Assembly (NCBI GenBank): GCA_947305775.1
Contig: CAMZEN010000003.1
Coordinates: forward strand, 24,410-88,409
Direction: 5' to 3'
Origin: an uncultured Verrucomicrobiota bacterium
Lineage (GTDB): Bacteria > Verrucomicrobiota > Kiritimatiellia > RFP12 > UBA1067
Length of the DNA: 64,000 nt
Below are positions 1 to 8,600 of the stretch, piece after piece. Under the pieces are notes generated by a model that saw only the letters and a program-made list of their open reading frames with translations, searched no databases and was not told the origin of the DNA. The position numbers and the translations under genes were made by a program. Position 1 is the stretch's first letter. Every line of letters begins with the position of its first letter.

Positions 1-109
1 GTATCTCCGATGCCCTTTGTGCGGCCATTCGGCAACGCAACTTCAGGAAATACCGACGCGCTCGGCTGCGAAGAAGGCCGCGCGCCCGCGCTACAGATAC
101 AAGCCATAG
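1..109 (+). CDS. Zn-ribbon small protein, C-terminal fragment (5' end outside window; full copy at 32005..32250)
   Basis: Identical to 32142..32250. Contains the second CxxC (CPLCG) and a basic tail. Stop TAG at 107-109. Confidence 0.5.
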   Translation, partial: YLRCPLCGHSATQLQEIPTRSAAKKAARPRYRYKP

Positions 110-126
110 CGCCTTGCGGTTTGGTT

Positions 127-145
127 TTTTGTGGAATCCACAAAA
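127..145. promoter_or_regulatory. 19-nt perfect palindrome TTTTGTGGA-A-TCCACAAAA (hairpin or protein-binding site)
   Basis: Read directly. It lies 18 nt after the Zn-ribbon stop, in the only sizeable gap between the terminase and head genes. Confidence 0.4.
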
Positions 146-162
146 GAACACGCGCACCGCTG

Positions 163-190
163 TTGCAAGCACATTTTTCTGTGCTATGAT
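163..190 (+). promoter_or_regulatory. Candidate sigma70-type promoter for the head/tail operon
   Basis: TTGCAA (163-168), 16-nt spacer, TGcTATGAT extended -10 (182-190), about 38 nt upstream of the gpW-like ATG. Confidence 0.35.
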
Positions 191-227
191 GAAAGCGCAA
201 AGGCAAAAAAGGAGCTACATGTAAACC

Positions 228-491
228 ATGACACGCAAACAGGCAGAAACACGGCTAACGGAACTGCGCAACAAGCGTAATGCGCTTGTCGACCAGATTG
301 CCGATGTTGATGCGCAGTCCGGCAGCATCTCTGCCGCAGGTGGTTCGAAAAGCTACACAAACCGCAAGGTTGAAGAACTGCAACTGAAGTTGCGTATTCT
401 CGAACGCGAAATCGGGAAACTTGAGGCCGCTCTTGGCCTTCGCCCTGATTCACCGTCAGCAATCAAGACTATCTATCCGAGGTATCACTAA
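228..491 (+). CDS. gpW-like head-tail joining / head completion protein (87 aa)
   Basis: Small coiled-coil ORF placed between terminase and portal, as lambda W is. The core SYTNRKVEEL..LEREI resembles the gpW pattern as I recall it. TAATG overlap with the portal start. Confidence 0.45.
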   Translation: MTRKQAETRLTELRNKRNALVDQIADVDAQSGSISAAGGSKSYTNRKVEELQLKLRILEREIGKLEAALGLRPDSPSAIKTIYPRYH

Positions 492-2110
492 TGCGTTGGC
501 CCTTCTCAAAACCGAAAGTTGAACTGTCGTGGAGTTCTCTCTCTGCCGCACAGAAGAAGGCCGTTGCGCGCAAGCTCGCCGGTGCTGCGCTTGGGCTAGC
601 ACGCCGTGCGCATTTTGGCAAGGGCTTTGAAGTCGTAACATACCCGTATGCCAACGGGCGGCGCCCGACGTATGTCGAACGCGGCGGCGAAGATTCGCAG
701 ATATCGTCAACCGACCGCGCGAAGATCGTAAACGCGCACCGCGATATGATGCGCAATTCGCCAACGCGCATAACGCAAGATCAGCAGCTGCGCGTCAATG
801 TGGTTGGCTCATGCGGCGGGAAGATGTACGCATCATTCCCGCCGGAATACAAGGCGGCTGCCGACGAAGTGATGCACTACTTCAACCGGGTGTGGTTCAC
901 GCATGCCGAGTTCACCTTCCGCAAAAACTTCAATTGGATTCTGAAGACCGTTCTTACCGCGCAGGATGTCAACGGCAATGTTGTGCTTGTTTTCGATGAT
1001 GGCGAACTTACCGGTGGCAACGGAACGGGCCGCGTTCGCGGGTTCGAGGGCGATGAAATAGCCAACATTTCTGATGCGGCCTTTGCGCGCGCATTCCCTA
1101 AAGGATGGTGCCAGCGCGGCGGATTCATCTACAACGAAAGCGGCATGTTCGCCGGTTGCTTTGTTTCAACCCGCCACCGCGGATGCGAAGCGTTCCCGGA
1201 TGAAGCGGGGGCGTTCCACTGCCTGCGCCTTGATCCGTTCAACGATGGTGAAACGCCGAACTGGATTCTGCTTGGCGATATGCGCCGCTTCAATCAGGGC
1301 CGTGCCGTCTCGCCGCTCACGGCGGCGATTACGTGCCTGATTGACCTTCATGAAACGGTTGCCAGCGAAACGCAGGCGGCTAAGATGAATGCGCAGCTTG
1401 TCGGTCAGATTCTTTCCAATGCGTCCGCCGATGGCGATGCTGGCGAAGCACCGCAGGCGTTTGATGATGAAATCGAACGCGATACCGCCGCCAAGCCCGC
1501 CGAGGTAACGTTCTCCACGCGCGAACTTTCCGCTATCGGTGCGCACTTCGATCAGATGCCCGTTGGCATGAAGATTGATCTTCTTGATACCAAGCGGCCC
1601 AATGCCAACATACCCGCGTATATCGAATTTCTTACCGGGCTTGTCGGCGGCACCAAAGGCCTTGCGCGTGTCTACTCCACCCTGAAGGCGCAGACAAGCT
1701 ATACGGCGTTTCGCGGCGAGCAGGCCATGACCAAGCCTTCATTCGATGAAGCGAAAACCGATCTTGAACGCGAAGTGTGCGATTGGATTGCCGTATGCGT
1801 CATATCACGCGCCGTCAAGCTCGGCCTTGTGAAGTCCGCGCTTCCAGATGGCTGGCGCGATATGATTGCATGGCGTTGGCCTGAAATGCCGGAGGTCGAT
1901 CTTGTCAAGGCGGAAGATGCCCGCCGCAAGCGGCTCGAAAACGGCGTTACCTCTCTTGCGCGCGAACTGGGGCCCGGCGAACTTGAAAAGATCGTCGAGG
2001 AACGCAAGCGCGAAAAGCAGCTTTTTGAAGATGCGGGGCTTGACTATCCCGGCATGTCAGAAAACCAGGAAACAGAAACAACAACCGATGAAGGAGGCGA
2101 CGATGCCTAA
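491..2110 (+). CDS. Portal protein, lambda-B-like (539 aa)
   Basis: Size, position after terminase/gpW, an acidic C-terminal tail, and a QTSYTAFRGEQ segment resembling the lambda gpB ..MSYSTARAS.. region (from memory). Confidence 0.7.
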   Translation: MRWPFSKPKVELSWSSLSAAQKKAVARKLAGAALGLARRAHFGKGFEVVTYPYANGRRPTYVERGGEDSQISSTDRAKIVNAHRDMMRNSPTRITQDQQLRVNVVGSCGGKMYASFPPEYKAAADEVMHYFNRVWFTHAEFTFRKNFNWILKTVLTAQDVNGNVVLVFDDGELTGGNGTGRVRGFEGDEIANISDAAFARAFPKGWCQRGGFIYNESGMFAGCFVSTRHRGCEAFPDEAGAFHCLRLDPFNDGETPNWILLGDMRRFNQGRAVSPLTAAITCLIDLHETVASETQAAKMNAQLVGQILSNASADGDAGEAPQAFDDEIERDTAAKPAEVTFSTRELSAIGAHFDQMPVGMKIDLLDTKRPNANIPAYIEFLTGLVGGTKGLARVYSTLKAQTSYTAFRGEQAMTKPSFDEAKTDLEREVCDWIAVCVISRAVKLGLVKSALPDGWRDMIAWRWPEMPEVDLVKAEDARRKRLENGVTSLARELGPGELEKIVEERKREKQLFEDAGLDYPGMSENQETETTTDEGGDDA

Positions 2111-3320
2111 CAAGTTCAATCCGATGAAGGCGCGGCTTCGCGCCACTTTTGCCGCAGGCGCAACAAAGGAGCCGCGCCTGGAACGTGTCGACCGTGAAAA
2201 GGAGGTGCTGCATGGTGTCCAAATCACACTTGAAGGCGAAGCCAGGGGGCATGGCGTATGGCTTGACCGGGCCTTTTGCGAGGCCGTTGCCGAAGCGGGA
2301 AACGCTATGGGTGATGCCGGAGTCAAAGTCCGCTTTGGTCATCCCTCGATGTGTTCGGATGCGCTTGGCACCTACCTTGGAAGGGCTAAAAATTTCCGTG
2401 TCGTCGATCTAGAGCGCAAAGAGGCACCCGGCGAAAAGGTTGCTGGCGTTCTGGCCGATGTGTACATTGCCGCCGAATCGCATTCTGCGCCTTCCGGCGA
2501 TCTCGGCAAGTGGGTTCTTGATGCCGCCGAAAATTCGCCTGATACGTTCGGGCAGTCTATCGTTTTCACATACGCTGATTTGAAGTCCACCAACGCCGAT
2601 GGCGAACCGATCATGCGCAGCGAATATGAGGACGACCGCGCCTTCAATCGGGCGCGCGGCGAAAACAAGGTGTTTGCGGTCCTTGGCAAGCTTCGGGGCA
2701 CCGATTTCACCGACACGCCCGCCGCAACTGATGGCGTGTTTTCCGCTGGCGATCTTGCCGCTGAAGCGGAGGAAATGCTGGCGTCTCATCCGGCGGTGCT
2801 CTCCGCGATTGAAGGCAACCCCGAAAAGGTGATTGAGTTCCTTGATCGTGCCGGGCTGCTCTCGCTTATAGAAACGAAGCGGGTTGCCGGGCTTCAGGCC
2901 GCTAAGGACAAGCAGATTGCGGAACTGAACGAAATGCTTGCTGTCAGGGGCAAAGGCTTTGAGGAGGCCCTTGCCAAAGAGGCGGGGGCGCATCAGGCGG
3001 AAATCGCCGCGCTGAACGCCGAAATTGAAAGACTTAAAACCGGCAACGTCGAAACCACAAAGGCCCTTGATGCCGCCAACGCGGAAATCAAGCAGCTTAA
3101 GGAGGACGGCGAAAAGGCCGCAACGGCTCTTTCGGAAACGAAAGCGGCCCTGGCGGCTGAAACTGAACGCTACCGCAAGCAGGTCGGGCTTGCGCTGCAA
3201 CCCGCTGAGGAACTGCCGACCCTTCAGGAAGGGCTTGCGAAATGCAGCACGCCCGCTGAAAAGTCTGCGTTCATTGCAAGCGGCAAGTACAAAAAAGATG
3301 AAAAAGAAAGGAAATCTTAA
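2103..3320 (+). CDS. Putative prohead protease / scaffolding protein (405 aa)
   Basis: The start at ATG 2103 overlaps the portal stop by 8 nt. The C-terminal half is an A/E/K-rich coiled coil typical of scaffolds. It sits between portal and capsid. The track ORF start at 1866 lies inside the portal and was rejected. Confidence 0.5.
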   Translation: MPNKFNPMKARLRATFAAGATKEPRLERVDREKEVLHGVQITLEGEARGHGVWLDRAFCEAVAEAGNAMGDAGVKVRFGHPSMCSDALGTYLGRAKNFRVVDLERKEAPGEKVAGVLADVYIAAESHSAPSGDLGKWVLDAAENSPDTFGQSIVFTYADLKSTNADGEPIMRSEYEDDRAFNRARGENKVFAVLGKLRGTDFTDTPAATDGVFSAGDLAAEAEEMLASHPAVLSAIEGNPEKVIEFLDRAGLLSLIETKRVAGLQAAKDKQIAELNEMLAVRGKGFEEALAKEAGAHQAEIAALNAEIERLKTGNVETTKALDAANAEIKQLKEDGEKAATALSETKAALAAETERYRKQVGLALQPAEELPTLQEGLAKCSTPAEKSAFIASGKYKKDEKERKS

Positions 3321-3322
3321 AC

Positions 3323-4189
3323 ATGAGTTCTTCCCTTACTTCTCCCGGTCTTATCAAGGCCGCCAACGACGCACTTGTTGGGGCAACTCCTGATCTCAAT
3401 GTCGCGCGCCTTTTCGCGTTCGATATGAGTGATGAATTTGTCGAGCCCGGCACAACCGTCAAGGTGCCTGTTGCCGCCGCTGGCACCGTCAATGATTTCG
3501 ATGAGTCAACCAACGACTTCGAAAACAATGATGGCACTGTCGGTTATGCGGCCGTAACGCTTAACAAGCGGCCAAAGTCTACGTTCAAGTTCGCTGGAAA
3601 GGACAAGCTTGAAGCGCCGAATGCGCCCTATTGGGCGAAGGTCCGCGAGGCTTCCGCAAACGGCGTCAAGACTTCTATCTCCACGGCGCTTGGCGGGCTT
3701 TTCACCGCTGCCGCATGCACCGGCGGCAAGGTTGTGCTGGCGTCCGTCACAAAGGCAACAATCTCTGGACTTCGCGCCTCCTGCGAAGGACGCTGCGCTG
3801 ATACCGTGCTGGCGCTCGAGCCGGGCTACTACAACACGCTTCTTTCGCTTCTGGACGCCAATGTGCTTGGCACGCAGGATGCGATAAAGAACGGTTACAT
3901 TGGCGGCCTTTATGGCTTCAAGGCTGTCGTTCAGATGAACGACCTGCCTGCGGGCATAAAGGGTGCGCTTATCCCGGCAAGCTCCGTCGCCGTCGCCTCT
4001 CGCGCGTTCCCGGTTGCGGATGAAGCCGCATACAGCGAATACGGAACCGTAACCGATGAGTACGGCTTCACGCTGACGGTTCTCCGCCACGGTTCGCCTG
4101 CAAAGGGCACGGGCTTCATCAATGTGGTTGCCCTCTGGGGCGCCGCACTGGTGCAGGCAAGCAAGATCAAGTATCTTGCCGCATCGTAA
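3323..4189 (+). CDS. Major capsid protein (288 aa, putative)
   Basis: Follows the scaffold gene. Strong SD (aaagaaaggaaa). Followed by the strongest intrinsic terminator in the phage. Confidence 0.6.
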   Translation: MSSSLTSPGLIKAANDALVGATPDLNVARLFAFDMSDEFVEPGTTVKVPVAAAGTVNDFDESTNDFENNDGTVGYAAVTLNKRPKSTFKFAGKDKLEAPNAPYWAKVREASANGVKTSISTALGGLFTAAACTGGKVVLASVTKATISGLRASCEGRCADTVLALEPGYYNTLLSLLDANVLGTQDAIKNGYIGGLYGFKAVVQMNDLPAGIKGALIPASSVAVASRAFPVADEAAYSEYGTVTDEYGFTLTVLRHGSPAKGTGFINVVALWGAALVQASKIKYLAAS

Positions 4190-4196
4190 CCAATAC

Positions 4197-4233
4197 GGCC
4201 CGGCGGTCGGATTTTCGACCGCCGGGCCATTTT
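4197..4233 (+). terminator. Rho-independent terminator after the capsid gene
   Basis: 13-bp GC-rich stem GGCCCGGCGGTCG/CGACCGCCGGGCC with a 6-nt loop, followed by ATTTTCCC. Confidence 0.75.
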
Positions 4234-4264
4234 CCCAAAACCGAACCAAAAAGGAACCGCACAG

Positions 4265-4825
4265 ATGAAAAAGATTCTTGCCGTCACATTCGCCGCGTTC
4301 GTGTTCGCCGCGTTCGCCACAACCTCGATAACGCTTGCGCCGGGGTTGAACGTCCTTCCCGGATGGCATGCGGGCGGCGGCAAGGTTCTTGCCGTCGAGG
4401 CTGTTACGCAAAACGCAGCAGCAACCGTTGCGCTTTCTTCCGTGCGATCCGTCACGACCTACACCAATCAGCTTTTTGAAGTCGTCACGCCGCATGATCT
4501 GTATTCGTTCTCAATCACAAACTACGACGGCAATGCCGCGATATCCACCAATACGGTTGATGTATTCAGCTACTCCGACTGGATGCGTGGAACCACCAAC
4601 CTGATTGTTGGCGCGGTTACGCACACGCGATTTGCCGAAACGAACACAGTTGCAGCCGGACGCCTGCCGTCCACAACCTACACCGTTACGAATGCGCTTC
4701 TTTCCGTAACCACAAGCGGCCACTATGGAACCGCTACGCCTGAAAGCTCGAAGTTCGTTTTTGGCGGCGCAATCAACGTTAGCGGGGCAGCTGAGGATGA
4801 TGTGATAACGCTGATTGTTGAATAA
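4265..4825 (+). CDS. Signal-peptide-bearing beta-rich protein (186 aa), function unknown (decoration protein or moron)
   Basis: N-terminus MKKILAVTFAAFVFAAFATTS is Sec-signal-like. Has its own SD (aaaaggaac). Located after the capsid terminator. Confidence 0.5.
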   Translation: MKKILAVTFAAFVFAAFATTSITLAPGLNVLPGWHAGGGKVLAVEAVTQNAAATVALSSVRSVTTYTNQLFEVVTPHDLYSFSITNYDGNAAISTNTVDVFSYSDWMRGTTNLIVGAVTHTRFAETNTVAAGRLPSTTYTVTNALLSVTTSGHYGTATPESSKFVFGGAINVSGAAEDDVITLIVE

Positions 4826-4851
4826 CGCTTTAATAACCACCCCTGAAAAAA

Positions 4852-5190
4852 ATGAGCGATTTCTTCCATAACGCCGCCGCGATGCGCCCGATGATCGAAC
4901 CGGTCATGTGGCGTCAGGATAAAGCGCCGCACCGCAAAGGTGCGTTCGGCGCGGTCGTCCTGCATGGTGAATCGCAGAGCGAGACTGCGGGCGCGTCTCG
5001 CGGTGGATTCGCCGCCGATCCGTGGACGGTCATTGTGCCGGCGACGTCCGCGCTTTGCGCTGACGTCGCCGTCGGTGATACGCTTACGCGCCTTGGCGTC
5101 GATGGCGAAACCCTAACCGTCCAGCAGATCACGCGCGATGATACCGGCTGGACGCTCCGTTGCACTTCAGAAGAAAGGGCGCCGCGCTGA
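4852..5190 (+). CDS. Putative head-tail connector/adaptor protein (112 aa)
   Basis: Small ORF in the position of head completion genes. ATGA overlap with the next ORF. Confidence 0.35.
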   Translation: MSDFFHNAAAMRPMIEPVMWRQDKAPHRKGAFGAVVLHGESQSETAGASRGGFAADPWTVIVPATSALCADVAVGDTLTRLGVDGETLTVQQITRDDTGWTLRCTSEERAPR

Positions 5191-5813
5191 TGGGCTATTC
5201 GGTCACAGATACAGCCGTAATGTTTTCGCAGGGCCGGGGCCGTGCGAAGGTGTCGCTTGCGCTATCCTTCCGCGACCTCGAACGTTGGGCGAAGCGGCAG
5301 AAGATTGATACTGCAAAGCTCATGAAGCGCAGCTTTGGTCGCGCGTGTTTCGCGCTGAAGCGAAAGTTTCAAAAGGTCATATCGAACGCAGGCGGTGTTG
5401 AAGGCGTGCCGAAGTTCAAGGATTTCGAGGCCTTCACAAAGGAACTGCGCGCCGTCGAGGGCCGCACCACTCCGATGGGGGGCGTTCTCGCGGATGCAAG
5501 CCGCATTGTGTCGTTCAAAAAGAACGGCTGGCAAATGATCGGCTGGCCTGATGAACTCGCAGACTGGGCCGTGAACTTTCAGGATGGCGTTGGCGGTCCA
5601 AGCTCCGAGCGTTACTTCACCGATCCGGACTACCGCCACCTGATGCACAAGCGCGGCATACGCGAAATACCGCGCGAATATGTGCACAATCCGCGCCGTG
5701 TGATTCCGGAGCCGTTCGGCGCATATGTTGAACAGCATCTTGAAACCTGGGCGCGCGGCACGTTCTACAAGGAGCTTGCCAAGCAGATGATGAAAACAAA
5801 GGGGGCTGCATGA
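5190..5813 (+). CDS. Phage morphogenesis protein, unknown (207 aa)
   Basis: Start at ATG 5190 is translationally coupled (TGATG) to the upstream gene. Lies within the neck module. Confidence 0.4.
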   Translation: MGYSVTDTAVMFSQGRGRAKVSLALSFRDLERWAKRQKIDTAKLMKRSFGRACFALKRKFQKVISNAGGVEGVPKFKDFEAFTKELRAVEGRTTPMGGVLADASRIVSFKKNGWQMIGWPDELADWAVNFQDGVGGPSSERYFTDPDYRHLMHKRGIREIPREYVHNPRRVIPEPFGAYVEQHLETWARGTFYKELAKQMMKTKGAA

Positions 5814-6301
5814 TCTCACACCGCACTGTTATGGCGAACGCGGCGCGCGCCGTGTGCGATTCGGCGGAGGTCCGCGCTTATTGCCTTGCCAATTTCGGGC
5901 GGGGTCTCGCCGTCCATGTTGGCGCATATGGCGATGCCGTGCCGGGCGTCAAGCAGGCACCGTTCTTCTGGCTCACGCCGGTTGAAGAAAACGATGCTGT
6001 GAACGCCGACGAAACCTTCACCGTGCGCATGGTGCTTGGCGGATGCGTCAAGGGCCCTAATGGTGAACGGGTTATCAACAATGTGGTACAGGAACGCACC
6101 GAAACCGAAAACGGGCTTACCATAAACGGCGGCAACGCGATTGTGGAAGATTTGCGCGACATGATAATTCCCATTATCCGCAACGCCAAGGCCGGTGCGC
6201 GGATATCCGCGATCCGGCGCGAAGAAAACGACATTTCCCATTTCCCGTTGGAATGGGCCGTTATCTTTGTTGAATACTTTGAACCAGAATCACTCACCTG
6301 A
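5810..6301 (+). CDS. Putative neck / tail-completion protein (163 aa)
   Basis: ATGA overlap with the upstream ORF. Lies immediately before the tail tube gene. Confidence 0.35.
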   Translation: MISHRTVMANAARAVCDSAEVRAYCLANFGRGLAVHVGAYGDAVPGVKQAPFFWLTPVEENDAVNADETFTVRMVLGGCVKGPNGERVINNVVQERTETENGLTINGGNAIVEDLRDMIIPIIRNAKAGARISAIRREENDISHFPLEWAVIFVEYFEPESLT

Positions 6302-6318
6302 TACGAAAGGAAAAAAAC

Positions 6319-6735
6319 ATGAGCGAACCAACATTCAACCGCTGGGGTGTGAAGTCTGCAACTCTCACATTCAACAGCACAACCTATGAAATGGACGCAG
6401 GGCCTGCCGGTCAAAGCGAAACGCGCGAAGCGATAGAGGTGACCTCGCTTGCTGATACAATCAAGCGCTTCATCAAGGGTGCGCTTAAAGAAATTGATGA
6501 GTTCACCGTAACGCTTTACCAGAAGAGTTCCGGCAACCTCACTTCTGATGCCGCGCCCGCCGCGCTTGCGCTGTCGGTCACGCTCGAAAACGGCATTGAC
6601 TCCGACGCAACGGTCAGCGTTTCGATTGCCAAGGCGATTGTCACCAAGGTTGCCTATCCTAACCAAGAGGGTTCCGGCGAACGCAAGGCAACATATGATG
6701 TGACCTTCAAGCCGGACGGCTCTGTCTCCGCCTGA
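6319..6735 (+). CDS. Major tail tube protein (138 aa, putative)
   Basis: Strong SD (gaaaggaaaaaaac). Size and position directly upstream of the chaperone pair and tape measure. Confidence 0.55.
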   Translation: MSEPTFNRWGVKSATLTFNSTTYEMDAGPAGQSETREAIEVTSLADTIKRFIKGALKEIDEFTVTLYQKSSGNLTSDAAPAALALSVTLENGIDSDATVSVSIAKAIVTKVAYPNQEGSGERKATYDVTFKPDGSVSA

Positions 6736-6757
6736 TTCATGATGGGGGTTTGATTCT

Positions 6758-7057
6758 ATGGCGGCAAAACCTGAAATGTTTACCGATGTGGCAACGGTGC
6801 GCCTTGGCGAGGTGTCCGTCAAGGTGCGCCGCCTTACGATCAAGGAAATACGCGAAGCAGGCCTTTCGTTCAAGGGGGGCAAAGAATGCCTTGGCGATGA
6901 ATGCGAACGCTTGATCAAGGATCATGTAACGCTTGCGGACGGTTCGGACTTCGATCCGTCGCAACTGTCGATGCGGCAGATGCAGCGCCTTGTCACCGAG
7001 CTTGTTGGCGTTCCTGAAGGCGGCGGCATTTCGGATTTTATCGGGCTGCTATCCTGA
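6758..7057 (+). CDS. Tail assembly chaperone, gpG-like (99 aa)
   Basis: Acidic small ORF between the tail tube and tape measure genes. Followed by a 290-nt stretch open only in the -1 frame. Confidence 0.6.
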   Translation: MAAKPEMFTDVATVRLGEVSVKVRRLTIKEIREAGLSFKGGKECLGDECERLIKDHVTLADGSDFDPSQLSMRQMQRLVTELVGVPEGGGISDFIGLLS

Positions 7058-7350
7058 GCCGGGGGGATAGCGGCGAAACTGCAACGGCGGCTTTTCTGGA
7101 TGAAGGCGCGCGGACGCTTGGGGTTTGGCTCCCGCTTGCGCTCGCTGATATCTATGTTGCCGTTCTCGCGGGGGTACGGCCCTGGCTGAAGAACGGCGAA
7201 ACGATGAAGCTGCCGACACGGTCTGAAGCGGTCGGCAGCTGGTGCCTGCCGATGCTGTCAAAGTCTCTTGCCGCCGATGAAAAGGAACGTGAAGCGCTTG
7301 CGCTTTTCCGATCTGTCGAAGCTCTAAAGAAAAGGTATGAAAACGCATGA
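6758..7350 (+). CDS. gpGT-like -1 frameshift fusion product (predicted)
   Basis: The -1 frame is open from 7018 to TGA 7348-7350. The U-run GAUUUUA (7034-7040) lies in the 40-nt overlap. The extension stop overlaps the tape measure ATG (gcATGAgc). Confidence 0.5.
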
Positions 7351-8600
7351 GCAAATCAACGCACCAGGTTGCCGTCAAGGGTGTTGATCAGACGGCTAGC
7401 GCGTTCTCGTCCATTCAGGCGCGCGCCGCTGCCGCGTCCGCCAAGATGCGTTCGATGCTGGGCGGGGCCCTCGCCGCTGCCGGTGCATATCTTTCGCTTC
7501 GCGCCGTCAAGAGCGGCGTTGATGAACTTGGACGGCTTAGCGATGTGGCGCAGAAGGCGGGCGTTAGTGTTGATGAGCTAACGTCCGCAACGCAGGCGAT
7601 GGGCGTTCTTGGAATCGGCGCCAACATGGATCAGCTTGCCAAGTCGTTTCAACTGATGGAAAAGAACACGGGCCGCACCGGGCTTCAGGGCTTCTATGAT
7701 ACCGTTGGCGAACTTGGCAAGATTCCCGATGTCTCCGACCGTGCCGCTGCCGCCATGAAGGTCTTTGGCAAATCCGGCATGGAATTTATGCCGCTGATAG
7801 ATGCGGCCTATACATCGAACCTTGCCTTGCAGGATGTCGTCGAAGCGATGCCGCGCATTCCGCAAGCAGCCGCCGACGCGGGTGATGATGTCGCTGATGC
7901 AATGGGCAACATGGCAAGCGAGGCAAAGTCAATATGGCTTCAGGGTCTTGGCGCAATTTGCGGGTGGTTTTCCAAAAACTACGAGGGCGGTGTCCGCACC
8001 GCTTCGCTGAACGCAGGAAACCATTTGGCATATTACACGAAGATTGCCGTTGCAAAGTGCATAACGTACATCAAGAAGCTTAAAAGCGCATGGGACCTTT
8101 GGAGCGCTTCATGGTCGTATATCGGTGATGGTCTTGGCGCGATGTTCGGGGGCCGCACCTGGTCTGAGGCATGGGACTACGCGGCGCAGCAGTTTGAAAT
8201 CGCCACAAATGCCATAGGCGAAGAATGGGCCGAAATCGACCGCATCGAAGAAAACCGCACAAGCCGCTTTCAGCAGGATTTCGAAAACCGCGAAATTGCG
8301 ATAAAGAAATTTGCAAAGGCATATGATGCCGCTGCCGTCAGCATCAAGAAGCGTGAACTTGGCATGTCGGGCGGATCGGGCATGTTCGCGGGATCGGCGA
8401 AGTCTCCGCAGATTCGCAACGAGCTTGTGATGGGCGGCTCGAACGCTGCGTTGCGCACCGCCATGCTTGGCCCTCAGTGGCAAACGGAGGCGAAGAAGCA
8501 AACCGGCCTTCTTCAGAAGATTGCCGATGCCACCGCGAAGACCGCAAGCAACACCAAGGGCGTTGCAGCCGCTGAAAACTACATTGAGGAGAATGGCTGA
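7347..8600 (+). CDS. Tail tape measure protein (417 aa)
   Basis: A/G/M-rich helical protein with an N-terminal segment typical of tape measure proteins (..LGRLSDVAQKAGVSVDELTSATQAMGVLGI..). Position after G/GT. Confidence 0.7.
   Translation: MSKSTHQVAVKGVDQTASAFSSIQARAAAASAKMRSMLGGALAAAGAYLSLRAVKSGVDELGRLSDVAQKAGVSVDELTSATQAMGVLGIGANMDQLAKSFQLMEKNTGRTGLQGFYDTVGELGKIPDVSDRAAAAMKVFGKSGMEFMPLIDAAYTSNLALQDVVEAMPRIPQAAADAGDDVADAMGNMASEAKSIWLQGLGAICGWFSKNYEGGVRTASLNAGNHLAYYTKIAVAKCITYIKKLKSAWDLWSASWSYIGDGLGAMFGGRTWSEAWDYAAQQFEIATNAIGEEWAEIDRIEENRTSRFQQDFENREIAIKKFAKAYDAAAVSIKKRELGMSGGSGMFAGSAKSPQIRNELVMGGSNAALRTAMLGPQWQTEAKKQTGLLQKIADATAKTASNTKGVAAAENYIEENG

Noticed and set aside
1866-2102. N-terminal 79 codons of track ORF 1866..3320
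   Set aside because: This part lies entirely inside the portal gene in another frame. ATG 2103, overlapping the portal stop, gives normal operon coupling.
3506-4495. 329-aa minus-strand ORF antisense to the capsid gene (copy at 35647..36636)
   Set aside because: Arg/Cys/Gly-rich low-complexity translation. It fully overlaps well-supported plus-strand genes and the terminator. This is a typical antisense open frame in GC-rich DNA.
5878-6918. 346-aa minus-strand ORF across three tail/neck genes (copy at 38019..39059)
   Set aside because: It spans gene boundaries of a tightly coupled plus-strand operon, has no SD, and has an Arg/Ser-rich composition. Judged spurious.
7061-7066. G6 run (gggggg) as the frameshift site for the chaperone pair
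   Set aside because: It lies after the zero-frame stop codon (7055-7057), so ribosomes in the gpG frame never reach it.
7204-7350. Stand-alone 48-aa ORF (ATG 7204) as an alternative to the GT frameshift extension
   Set aside because: It cannot be excluded. However, the frame is open for 186 nt upstream of this ATG back into the gpG 3' end, there is no SD, and G/GT frameshifting is the conserved solution at this position. I kept it as the alternative hypothesis in the finding.
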